DNA from: Trichosphaerium sp. ATCC 40318
Taxonomy: Eukaryota; Protista; Tubulinea
Reading direction: 5' to 3'
DNA length: 64,000 nucleotides
Assembly: GCA_038496445.1 (NCBI GenBank)
Contig: JALMLS010000440.1
Coordinates: forward strand, 124,001 to 188,000
In this document: in pieces, positions 52,396 to 64,000 of the stretch
Position numbering within the stretch: position 1 is the stretch's first letter
How the letters are laid out: each line of letters opens with the position of its first letter
Notes under the pieces: generated by a model
The model's database searches: none
What the model was told of the DNA's origin: nothing
The model's input: the letters and a program-made list of their open reading frames with translations, nothing else
Made by a program: the position numbers and the translations under genes

Positions 52396-55374
52396 TTATC
52401 CAGTTACTGGCATTCAAGTTAACAAAGACTCTCTAAGTGACTATGCTGATTGGACACCTTGCGTGAATGTTGCTTGGAACGCCAGGATTGATTTTGTATT
52501 ACCCGTATGTGCTACAGGAGAAGATGTAATGACTCTCATGGGGTGCGTTGGCAGTGATAATAACTTCATTGTCTATGGTACGTTTAAACTAAAAAGTAAC
52601 AGCCTTGAAAAAAAGAAGAAAACAAGTTTCATCCACACCCTGCGAACTAAAACTCATCAATAAACTCGTCTTGCTATCAAACTTACTTTCCTTAAGCAAT
52701 TGGAAGCGCAGAAGTCTTAACACAGGATATAGCACCATTTGAGGAGTCAGAAGCCCAAACTTTTATAAATGGTGCATATTGGTATCGTGGCGAAAGATCA
52801 ATTGGGTTCACACCTGTAAATACAATTGACCTTAGTACGTGTGATGTCAACGTGGATGGACAATTAGATGAGAAATTATGTTTCCATATATTCTCAGGTG
52901 GTCATAGGTACGTTCTTGTTTGTAGTTTGGTTTGATACCACATGCTAATTGTATCAAACAGATGTGGTCCAACTGCAATTAATGGCAACTCACGTGGATT
53001 CAGAAAGATAATACTACAAAAATTACCTCCGCCCAGTACTGCACCACCAATGGTACCTACTACCGAACCGCCTACAACATTGCCACCCACAACACTGCCG
53101 CCTACTAGTTTACCACCCACAACCTTACCTCCAACAACGTTACCGCCTACAACACTTCCACCAACAACATTACCTCCAACAACGTTACCGCCTACAACAC
53201 TTCCACCAACAACATTGCCACCAACAACCTTACCGCCAACCAGTCTACCTCCAACAACATTACCACCAACAACGTTACCTCCAACAACACTTCCACCAAC
53301 AACATTACCTCCAACAACACTACCGCCAACCAGTCTACCGCCAACAACATTGCCTCCAACCACGTTACCTCCAACAACGCTTCCACCAACTACATTACCA
53401 CCAACAACATTACCTCCAACAACCTTACCGCCAACAACGCTTCCACCAACTACATTACCTCCAACAACCTTACCGCCAACAACGTTACCTCCAACAACAC
53501 TACCGCCTACAACGCTCCCACCAACAACACTCCCACCAACAACATTACCTCCCACTACACTATCGCCTACTACTTTGCCACCAACAACCTTACCGCCAAC
53601 CACTCTACCACCAACAACATTGCCTCCAACAACGCTACCTCCAACAACACTAACGCCAACTACTTTGCCTCCTACAACGTTACCTCCAACAACCTTAGCA
53701 CCAACAACACTGCCTCCAACAACGCTCCCACCAACAACCTTACCACCAACAACATTACCTCCAACAACGTTACCTCCAACAACCTTAGCACCAACAACAC
53801 TGCCTCCAACAACGCTCCCACCAACAACCTTACCACCAACAACATTACCTCCAACCACCCTTCCTCCTACAACTCTTTCACCTACTACACTTCCACCAAC
53901 AACATTACCACCAACAACACTACCGCCAACCAGTCTACCACCAACAACATTGCCTCCAACCACCTTACCTCCTACAACCCTACCACCAACGACTGAGGTA
54001 CAAACAATAACTTTTGCTAAACGATTGACTAATACATTTTAGCCTCCAACAACGTTACCACCAACAACGTTACCTCCAACTACAGAACCACCAACAACCT
54101 TTCCTCCCACGACACTGTCGCCTACTACTTTGCCTCCTACTACGCTTCCACCGACTACTTTACCTCCTACAACATTGGCTCCAACCACACTACCGCCAAC
54201 AACGCTCCCTCCAACAACACTACCGCCAACAACTTTACCAACAACCTTACCACCAACAACATTACCTCCAACCACCCTTCCTCCTACAACTCTTTCACCT
54301 ACTACACTCCCACCAACTACATTGCCACCTACTACAGCATCTCCAACAACGCTACCACCAACCACATTGCCACCGTCAACACTACCTCCAACAACCTTAT
54401 CACCAACTACACTTCCTCCAACAACACTGCCTCCAACAACGCTCCCACCAACCAGTCTACCACCAACAACATTGCCTCCAACCACCTTACCTCCTACAAC
54501 ACTCCCACCCACAACACTCCCACCAACCACTTTGCCACCTACAACGCTTCCACCAACCACACTACCTCCAACAACGCTCCCGCCAACAACACTTCCACCA
54601 ACAACACTGCCGCCTACTACTTTGCCGCCTACAACGCTTCCACCTACTACACTCCCACCAACTAGTCTACCACCCACAACACTCCCACCAACCACTTTGC
54701 CACCTACAACGCTGCCACCAACTACACTACCGCCTACAACATTGGCTCCAACCACACTACCGCCAACAACGCTACCACCAACCACTTTGCCACCAACAAC
54801 GCTCCCACCAACTACACTACCGCCAACGACACTACCTCCTACAACTCTCCCTCCCACCACATTACCTCCTACAACGCTTCCGCCAACAACATTGCCTCCC
54901 ACTACACTACCGCCTACTACTTTGCCACCTACAACGCTTCCACCTACTACACTACCTCCAACAACATTGCCTCCAACCACAGTACCGCCTACAACACTCC
55001 CTCCAACCACATTTCCACCAACTACTTTACCACCAACAACACTTCCGCCTACAACACTGCCTCCAACGACATTGCCTCCAACAACGCTCCCGCCAACAAC
55101 ACTACCGCCTACAACACTCCCTCCAACCACATTTCCACCAACTACTTTACCACCAACAACACTTCCGCCTACAACACTCCCTCCAACCACATTTCCACCA
55201 ACTACTTTACCACCAACAACCTCACATCCCACTACAATGCCACCAATGATATTACCTCCAACTACACAATCACCAACACCTACACCTCCACCAATAGGTG
55301 AAGTTCAAATACTAGCGCCTGCATGGCAATATAGAAAAAGATGTGTTAGACGACTATCAAAAAATGAACTGTAA
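52272..55374 (+). CDS. PPTTL mucin protein, copy 3 (about 140 repeats), with a 45-nt intron (53998-54042) inside the array
   Basis: GAG|GTACAA..GACTAAT..TTTTAG|CCT joins the two long ORFs in frame. Confidence 0.85.
53065..55270 (+). repeat. About 2.2-kb 15-bp coding minisatellite (PPTTL) with synonymous variation
   Basis: Direct reading of the sequence and the ORF track. Confidence 0.95.
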
Positions 55375-56644
55375 AAACCAAATAAACAAACTATTTATCA
55401 AAGTCGTTTTTAACCCATATTTCTATTCCACAGCAAGTTAAAACAATCGTATGTGCTACATACGAATTAGTACTCAAGATGATCATAGTGTTGTAGGAAT
55501 AACAAGAAAGTTACAGCATTCAGACAATTCAAACTGTCACAAGTATGAAGGTATTAAAATTTACTATGGCTTTGTAATAGTTCAACCCGTGTATGTTATA
55601 TGTATCACGTTTGTTATTCAAAGTATCAAATTTGTCTGATGTGTCGTGGCTATACTCTCACGTTTTACTATCTATTCAGATGGTTCCATGAGCCTTTTTA
55701 TACATTCTTGTCGATGGCATGCTTCAATAAGCTATGAAGTTATCACATGATGCATGCCTTTCCAATATTAATACTTTTCAAAATACTTTTAAAGTTGTAA
55801 CATATTGAGGAAGATCCTAACTGGGTTTAAAAGAACAAGAATAGCTAACAAAATATTTCTTTGTCAGTACATACAGAAACAAATGCTACAAAGATGTAGT
55901 TAAGTTATGAAACCTTTTATTTCTTGTACAAGGTGAATAGTGGTACTTGACTTTGTACCAAAATCTCGCAATAAACTCGTAAAATGATCTGCTGCATTGA
56001 TAAAATTCCTACGCTGTATTAACGTATGTAAGCTGGTCATATCAAAAACGAAGTAAACTCCTAAAGCAAAGATGGTTAAAATAACAGATTTCTGCCTATT
56101 CGTAATCACGTGATTAAGGTTATAATTTTTCGTGCTCAGATTTGTTGGATTCCCTTTTTTAGTAAGGTTATGGTTCGGTCAAAAACTACCGAATTCATGT
56201 AGTTATTGTTACCACACCTAACATACTTGTATGACAACAGGCACGGATTCAAAATCTCTAATGCGGATTTTTTAAAAACAAACTACAAAAAAGACTGAAT
56301 TTTGTTGAAACTCCTTGAGACCTTAAAAAGAATTAGCTGTTAGATTACGAAATTAGTACAATCTAGGGCCCTACATAGTCTTTATTTAATCCATCAAATA
56401 CTGCAGATTCTTCGCTGAAATCACAAGACAATACTACCATTTGTTTTTGATTTTTTGATTTTCGGAACTTAAACGTAATGATCCTATTTTTCAATTAAAA
56501 TTACTTTTAGTAACTTATCACTTTGTACCAACACTATGATGACCTCATAACAACGCTACATTTTGAGAAAATAATAAAACGGCAGCAGTTTTTATGTAAA
56601 AAAGGTACATTCAGTACACAACCTTAAACTACTTACAGCTCAAC

Positions 56645-56760
56645 ATGATGAAGCTCTTCTTTGTTTCAAGTATTCTCATACTCTTTATACATGTACGTAT
56701 AGATCACTAGGACCGATCAACCATGAGTACATTGTCTCGAGAATTCAGTCTGCCAGCTGT
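56645..56760 (+). pseudogene. Truncated fourth mucin-gene copy (exon 1 plus a damaged intron 1/exon 2 start)
   Basis: MMKLFFVSSILILFIH is intact, the acceptor is altered, and homology ends after agaattcagtctgccagct. Confidence 0.8.
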
Positions 56761-56989
56761 TTGTTGATACAACCGAAAAAAATAGAACAACAGTAAGTGA
56801 AAATTACACAAACGTTTTATAGGTAGCTTACTGACGTTTTAAACTGGTGCTATTACATGTACTGTAACCTGTACATACAATAGGCGCTAACATACCGAAA
56901 CGAAGTTCGTACATGAAGCTAATTTAGGGTAAACTACGCTATAGAAATTATAAAATATTATTTGGATGTTTTACAGTTGCGTTTTCTTA

Positions 56990-59418
56990 TCATTGAATTG
57001 TTGGTTCTTCACTATCAGTTAATAGACCAGTTATTTCTCCAATACCATCTTGCCATAATTGTTTATCATCAGGTAAATCAGCTGTTAGTATTGCTTCTCT
57101 TTTTTTACGTAATGAGTCGTAATCTCTGTAGTACTCCCTACATTGTACGTCAGTCGAACATTATTAGAATTGAGACCCAATACTAAAAATAGGGCTATAG
57201 GTTATGAGTACATACCAAAATGCCATGAACAGTGCGCCTATTATTCTAACAGACTCAAAACAAAGTACAGCAACCTTATAAAATTTTCTCATTAGTTTCT
57301 CACTTTTTTTTCAAGTGCATTGTTGATGGCACGTGCTTTCAAAAAACACAAAAGTACCGTACCCATATAAACCATATTTCTTGTTCTATAGTTCCAGCTA
57401 GTGAAATTAAAGCGACATAGGCAACACCGGCTACCATCATGACTAGAGATAGATATCTAAAATTTTGCATTGCAAAGTTTACGCCTTCATAAACGCCACC
57501 CTAAATAAGCAACCCTTGTTAGCTATCACCTCCTACCATAAATATGGTAGAAAAATTTATACTAAGAACACATGCCTGCATACCAACAAACGTGAGTATA
57601 CCATAAATAATCCATGTTTTAGGTGTAAGTTCGTCTATAATTACTTGCGAATGTGTGAATTGTAATGTCAACCATTTTCTTCCAAGATAATAAATAGCCC
57701 AAAAAATAATACCCATGAATAAACCTGCTACGGATGCCGCTAATGTAAGTATCCTAATAAACGTAAACAAGACGGAGATGCCAAAACAAAAACTTAAACC
57801 AAGACTTTTTTGGATGTACTTGAAGCGCTTGTAAAAACCTTTGGCAATCAAGTTTGTGCCAACAATATTAGCAGCTTTTCCGACAGCATCTATAATACAT
57901 AAGTTTAAATGCAAAGCTTTTCATACTAGAATACCTGCAAAAGTAGGGGCATATAAATAAAGAGCGTTCTGAATGCTAAAGGCGTCATACTTTACTTGAG
58001 CTAAAAGAACAAAAAGTTAATAAACCAAGCTACCATGTACTTAATCGCCTTCTATTGTTTGTCTACACAGCAACCAGGTGTTGGAAAAAACCGATATTGT
58101 AGACAGTGTCAAAAAAGGTAACAAAGAATACTATAAATTTTCAGGTTTTTTTTACGCACTTTTGTCTATCCTACTTGCTATTACAGAAGACACCATATAA
58201 GTCAGCATGAGTATCACACCACGTCTATGCGAATGTAATTTAGAGATAAGCAAACCATTGAGTTTAGCACGTACACAAAGAGCCATAGATTATCAATTGC
58301 AAAAAAAGTCAGAACATTTCCTGAAACAAGCGATTTTATATCATAAAGCTTGTACTCTTTGATGTATCTAGGTTGATAGATGACCAGCATGACCAAAATA
58401 AAAGTCACTATTAAGCGTAAGCTGTTGTTGCCGTTGAAAGTATTAAGTGCAGCGTACCAACTCCTGATACAGTGTAGCCATACGCAAGAGAGTTCAGGCC
58501 AATATCAGTAAAATAAAGCAAACTACAACTAAACAAAGAGTGAGTTTCTTTTTCTCATATTTTTCGCATCCGGTACCTTACTAGTAGATCAATAACAGTT
58601 GTGAATGTTGCTATAATTACAGCATATACAGTTCTATCCATACCAAACAGAACACCAGACATGAGTGTATTTATATTGGTACAAACAGCTCCAGCAAACA
58701 TCCTTAAGAAATACTCTTTTGCAAGTGCACGTGTTTCAGGTGCACTTCTGTACAGGTCATAAATGTATTCCTATACATATTAATTACCTAAAACGTATTG
58801 CTATGCGTACTTGTAAGATATACAATGTCGTCACGAGAAAGAGTCCCCAAATTACTCCAGTGATCAAACACAAGTTTATTATTTTCCCAACTGTGTGGAA
58901 ATCTCGCTAAAAAAAACCGTTAATAACTTGTCACTTACCTGGTTCATAACTACAACGGTATACTCAGTCGTTAAAAGACGTACTGCGGCGAATCTGAGGC
59001 GAATTTGGGAAAGTACGCCCGATGCAACGAAATTGATAATGTAACTTGGGAACAGCACTACAATAAGCGTATTAGATCAATATACGCAACATCTGAGCGT
59101 TTAGTGTATCTATATCGCTTACAGACCGTTTTTGGTTGTCACGTAAAAAAATCAAATCCAATACTACGTACCAGCGTTAGCGATAGTTGAATACGCGGCC
59201 AGGGCATATGTTCCTTTTATTTCAAGCCCTTATAAGCTGTTTTAATTGGAAAGTTTCTTGTTTAGTTAAAAGTAGACAATGTAGGCCTTTGTTGTACCCA
59301 GTATCTTTGTTTTAACTGTATTAGTCGTTATAGTGATACACGTGAGGTATACAAGTAAAACAGATAAAGCAGCAAAACGTGCTAGATCATGTGATAGCAG
59401 CTTTTTAATTCTCTCCAT
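56990..59418 (-). CDS. Polytopic membrane transporter, MATE-family-like
   Basis: Many hydrophobic exons; GTYALAAYS and DAVGKAANIVGTNLIAKGFYKRFK resemble MATE motifs. The start MERIKKLL has an upstream in-frame stop. The first introns are not resolved. Confidence 0.55.
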
Positions 59419-59476
59419 CAGTTTTTCCGCGAGGGTGAAAAGTGGCTTGATCTTTATTTTTTTGGTTTTTCAGCTT

Positions 59477-59696
59477 TTTCGAGTCTATTGGGACAAGAAT
59501 GTTTCCCAAATCGTGCTTATTCGTCAAAATCCGCGAATCACAGCCTCCACAGGGGTTTCGATAAGTAGCAGTAAAAGCTGTCCACTTGCGAAAGTGATCG
59601 AACACATTCTTCCTTGATAAGGAAGCTGACAGTATTTAGGCGTAGGATGCCTCATATGTAAAGCCGTACGCGTTTGTTGAATGCAGAAACTCGAGA
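59477..59696 (+). ncRNA. Candidate 220-nt multi-stem structured RNA, family unassigned
   Basis: Closing helix TTTCGAGT/ACTCGAGA encloses several hairpins, including CACTT-GCGA-AAGTG and CTTCCTT-GAT-AAGGAAG. Folded by eye only. Confidence 0.3.
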
Positions 59697-59778
59697 CGTT
59701 AAGTTCGTTTGACTGCAACCGTTTAGATGTATAACAGCGTTATTTCCTTGAGCAAGGGCAGTTGTTAATAATAAAGCG

Positions 59779-60909
59779 ATGTACGATGGCCCAAACAAGT
59801 TTGTAGAGTATATTGAAGGAAACTCGCCTATAATCATCAGTGCACCTCACGGAGGCGTAGAAAAACCTTCTAGTATACCAGATAAACCAAGAGGTACGAC
59901 TTTTGAATATTTCAGCAACGTTTATTATTACAAGGCAGTCAACTGTCTGATTTGAATACAAGGACACTTGCGAAGCGTATAGTATCAGAAATAGAGCGTT
60001 TAAGACCTGGTTTTACACCACACTTTGTTATGGCTCATATTCATCGCTCAAAGGTTAGTCAGTCAGGTTTAAAAAGTAAAAAAGTAATCCGAAGGTTTCG
60101 TGGCTGTAAAACTCGCTCTTATTTCGAAAAATTGTATTCGAAAAAAACCAACTTTGCACTCCCTTTGTGCTTGTGGTTGCATTTTATGCCAACTATATAT
60201 TACATCGCTTGTCCACTAAGTTACCAATGAAGGTTGATATGAATAGATCACGTGATGACTCAGATCAAGCAGTTGATAAAAAAGCACTTGAAATATGGTT
60301 AGAGACTTTTTTTTGTTGAAACAATGGCTTGTCTTTAACCTGTGTAGGGATGCTTATCACCGTTTTATGAACACAGCAAAGGCTGTTGTTACTACAGATT
60401 TCGGAAAAGGTATAATCTTTGATATACATGGCGTAGCAACGCACAAACAAAAGTGGATAGAGCTTGGGTATAATATTAAAGCAGACACTTTAAATAAAAC
60501 AGGTACGATCTTTCTTACCGAGTGACACCATCACATCTTTCCCTAAAGATGTATAGACATAGAACTTAACGATGTACATGAAAAGGGAAGTGTCAGTAAT
60601 CTTACAAACACATGGGCTTCAGATAAAGTCAGCTTCTCCGACATCATACGTGGAAAATCAAGCTTTGGTGCTTTACTTAAAAACTATAAAGTTGTACCTT
60701 CTCCCTCAATACCTTGTCCAAAGAAAAATGCATATTACACAGGTGGTTATATAACACGTGAACATGGTAGCATAAAAGGAGGAGTTATTGATGCTATACA
60801 GATTGAATCACCATCACATCTCCGAAAGCTTAATAAAATACCAGATTATGCAACTGAACTTGCAAAAGCGATACTGTACTACCACGATAATTGGTACCTG
60901 AATAAATAA
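59779..60909 (+). CDS. N-formylglutamate amidohydrolase-family protein
   Basis: GNSPIIISAPHGG, HIHRSK|VDMNR, IFDIHG, IELGY, YTGGYITREHG and DAIQIE. Confidence 0.8.
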
Positions 60910-61254
60910 CGTTCAAGAATATACACTTCAAATCAAATATATTTTGATCAGCTTGGAAAGCTAAGCGAGTAAAGCAAAGTTCATTGAAATCTATTTTTCA
61001 AACAATAAAATCAGCAAAAACACGTGTAAATATTGATAGAACAGATTCGCGAACTTGTTAAAACGAGTTAAAGAATTTAAAGATAAATACTATGCTGCTC
61101 GAGCAAATAATGATTCAAAGCGATGTGCTTTGCTGTAGTACTTTAGACACATAAAAATACTAATTATTATGCTTATCACATTGTGCCATAATCAATACAT
61201 GGTTTGTATGCGGTGCCAAAACACTATGCCTTTGGGCGCATAGTACTTCCCTCC

Positions 61255-64000
61255 CTATGTGGGCATCACTTCTAAAATTGTAACAAGGCAATTTTGGCAA
61301 AACACGACACTTGCTTTTGACGGTTGCTTGAGAATTGGTATGGATAATTTCTCAGGAATTGTACAAGTTGATTAACTAATTTAGAAGCGAACAGAACTTC
61401 ATTTATTGATTTATTGTTTGAACTGTTTCTGACTCATGAAGTACACTTGGATGCCAAGGTTCAGATGAAACAACCAAAGATATAAGCATTCTAAACTGTG
61501 ACACAGTAAATGTTCCTACCATGTATCCTTCAGGAATGATAATATGAATCAAACTAAAGACAATAAGGAACTGACAAAAAACAGAAAAAAAACAGAAAAA
61601 CCATGACGTACCATTCTTCTCGTCTATTTTGGTTTTCTCCTTCCCATGGTATGATACAAGACATGCCATGTGATGAAGTATCTATATGCTTTCTTGCTTT
61701 GATCATCATTGTATTATGAATAGTACGAACAGACGAAACGATAACATTGAACAAACTGAAAGATAGCTCCACTGTTTCTCCATTCTGTGAAACAGAAAAA
61801 GGAAGGTATCCACGAAGGTTACTTTGCGCTGATATCAGAGGTTTATCTCTCCATTTATAAATACATCTAGGTGCATTTTCGTAGCCTAAATCTAACAGAC
61901 GATAAGAAGAAAAACACATTTAGTCGCTAATAGCTGATGGACAACTTAACGAACCTTCAAGTTGGGTATTTTCTTCTTCTGCAGTAGTTCGTCCTGTAGG
62001 TGAAGCCCTAGTATTTTGTTGACCCCCATTCTGCTGAAACTGATGTGATAATCCCAATTGTGTCTGCAATTGCTTGGACGCATTAGGAAATGGTGACTGA
62101 GGCTGTATCTGTTGCAGCTGCTGTACTGGAAGAAAACCTGGCGGCTAGACAGTAGTCAGTGAACTGTAAAATAGTACATAACATTGATAGTTCTGTGATA
62201 GCGAAGCCGCTCCGGTTGCTCTTGCTGCTCCTGGTGTTGCAACAAATGCAAATTAAAGCGCATACCTGTTGGTGAGGAAACATGTGCGGCTGCATATTGT
62301 ATTTAGGTCCATAAAGTGGTTGAGGAAAGACCGGATAAAGAACACCAGAAGGACCATTTGGGATATTAGTTGGTTGTACGGGATGAATAGGATGATGAGG
62401 TAAGAATCCTTTTGGAGCGGTTCCCTTTGGAAGGAATTTGGGTGTATGAGGGTTTAAACCTTTCGCAGCTGGTACTTTTCTTGAAGGTGCCTTTGGACTA
62501 GTTAGTGCTGTTGAATACCTCATTGGCTGTTTTGGTGAAATTGAAGGCGATCGAAGGCTTTTCTTGGGGGTTGACGGTGTTGGCTTAGGTTTCGGAGATG
62601 TCATCTTTGCTCTTTCTTTGGTTCTCTGCTCCTGAAACACGAGTTAAGAATTTGAAGAATTGTAACAGTACTTACTTCTTTGAGTGTTTTCATATAACTA
62701 GAGTCAATGATCGATTTATCCATGACTATTACATCCTTTTCACTAATTTTAGAAATATCTGGAGTCGTTCCTGCTGAGACAAAAGTATTTTGTTTCTTGC
62801 ATGTTGAGATAATCGTGTTAAGTTCAGGGCATCTAAAAACGTTAAGTTAGTACTGTTATCAGATTTAAGTTAGCTATACGTACCTGCAAACGCATTTCTC
62901 ATCACCGACAATTATAGCAAGAGATATTGCCCTACTCAGAGCTGTATTTAACCTTTTAGGGTTGAACACAAAGCCAACCTAGCTCAAATTACGTTTTATT
63001 TTGTAAAAAGAAAGAAATACGTTATGTGTTTGGTCTCCTTTTAAAGCGCCACGTGTTGTACGAACTGTACTGATGATAATCACCTATAGAACTAATATTA
63101 GCTTATATTCAATACAGTAGGGTACATACCTTCCGTTCATGTCCTTGAAACTCAGCAGTACTACCAACTTTTACATTATAGAATTTGCTCTGTTTTAGTA
63201 GATAAGATATCTTTTGGACTTGCTTTCTTGTTGCTGCAATGACACCAATATCTTCCTCATACATACCGTTTCTCTTGAGCGCCTAGAAGTACCTATTTAG
63301 GTTTGGAGCACAAAGTTATCAAAGAACATACATTTATGAGATGCTTTACAGCAATAGCTTCCTTGCTATTAAAGTAAGATGGAGAATCTCCTTCACGCTC
63401 ATCTGTGCTCCCTTGAACATCATAGAACATGATAGGAAAGCTATCATTAGCACCCATGCTAAACTGGAAGTCTATGCTTTATTGTAAACGATGAAATCTT
63501 ATCTGATACAGTACCTTGAATCTCGAGCATTTCAGTATTGTGTGCACATGCTACATACAGTTAATATAAATATGATCAACAAAACGTGCCTATCAGTTTC
63601 CTCTTGTAGAACAACTGAGATAACGAGGTAAGTATCTTTGGATGGTTTCTATAGTTTCTTTGAAGCTCAACACAGAGTCTTGGATCTTTGCGTCCAACAT
63701 AGACCTTAACAATCAATAAGAGGTGCCAACAATATTACAATTATACTTACATCAAGCTCAACAAGATGCTCCATAACTGACTTGTGTAAGCCATGGTGAC
63801 CCGCTATTTGAGATTGAACTACAGGTCCAAGCTGCTTATCATCGCCTTGGGAAGTTCTTGTTAGTACTAATCCATTTTCACTTGTGTACCAGCCATAATT
63901 ATGGTTGTGTCTTTATTTGCCATTGATATTGGAATCAACGCTTCAGCTTGCATCAACTGTGCAGCTTCATCCATGATGATATGAGTAAAATGTCCTGGTT
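61255..64000 (-). CDS. UPF1-like SF1 RNA helicase, MOV10/Armitage/SDE3-like (3' part; continues beyond the window)
   Basis: GHFTHIIMDEAAQ, QLGPVV, RNYRNHPKIL, EREGDSPSYFN, DIGVIA..RKQV, VKVGSTAEFQGHER, NPKRLNTALSRA. Followed by a Pro/Gln-rich region and an unassigned C-terminal domain. Confidence 0.85.

Noticed and set aside
52902-55232. Long minus-strand (VVGGS)n ORFs, also at 50174-50497
   Set aside because: They are the antisense shadow of the PPTTL array. The plus strand has the signal peptide, the splice sites and synonymous-site variation.
53065-55270. CRISPR-like or telomeric array
   Set aside because: There are no unique spacers and the 15-bp units are codon-degenerate, so this is coding.
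1-64000. tRNA or rRNA genes and most short ORFs in the track
   Set aside because: No cloverleaf or rRNA sequence was recognised. Most short ORFs are exon read-throughs or antisense frames of the genes listed.

Overview
AT-rich, intron-dense eukaryotic (protist-like) genomic DNA. It uses the standard code and has short GT-AG introns, mostly 35-250 nt, plus some GC-AG introns. Single-copy genes include a mitochondrial carnitine-carrier-like gene, an ankyrin-SET protein, ZNF622/REI1, a MATE-like transporter, an N-formylglutamate amidohydrolase and a MOV10-like helicase. They alternate with two dynamic zones. (1) The zone at 0-1.4 kb and 13.9-24.3 kb holds a duplicated two-gene cassette of putative cullin-ligase adaptors (BTB-SPRY followed by F-box-like/MORN2). 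One copy is cut by an exact reciprocal 961-bp inversion (15408-16368) that splits both genes. This zone also holds an intact HeH-nuclease-kinase (Crinkler-type) gene and orphan intron-bearing fragments of ThrRS and a SNF2 helicase. (2) The zone at 32.8-56.8 kb is an inverted plus tandem duplication of surface-protein genes (a LamG/GPI protein and a PPTTL-repeat mucin with roughly 11, 22 and 140 repeats). Other notable items are a single-pass receptor with an intact cytoplasmic RasGAP domain, an ADAM-like protease fused to a CAP domain, a strong excess of the CACGTG palindrome, and a candidate structured RNA in a divergent promoter. All gene models and counts were read by eye and no database searches were run.
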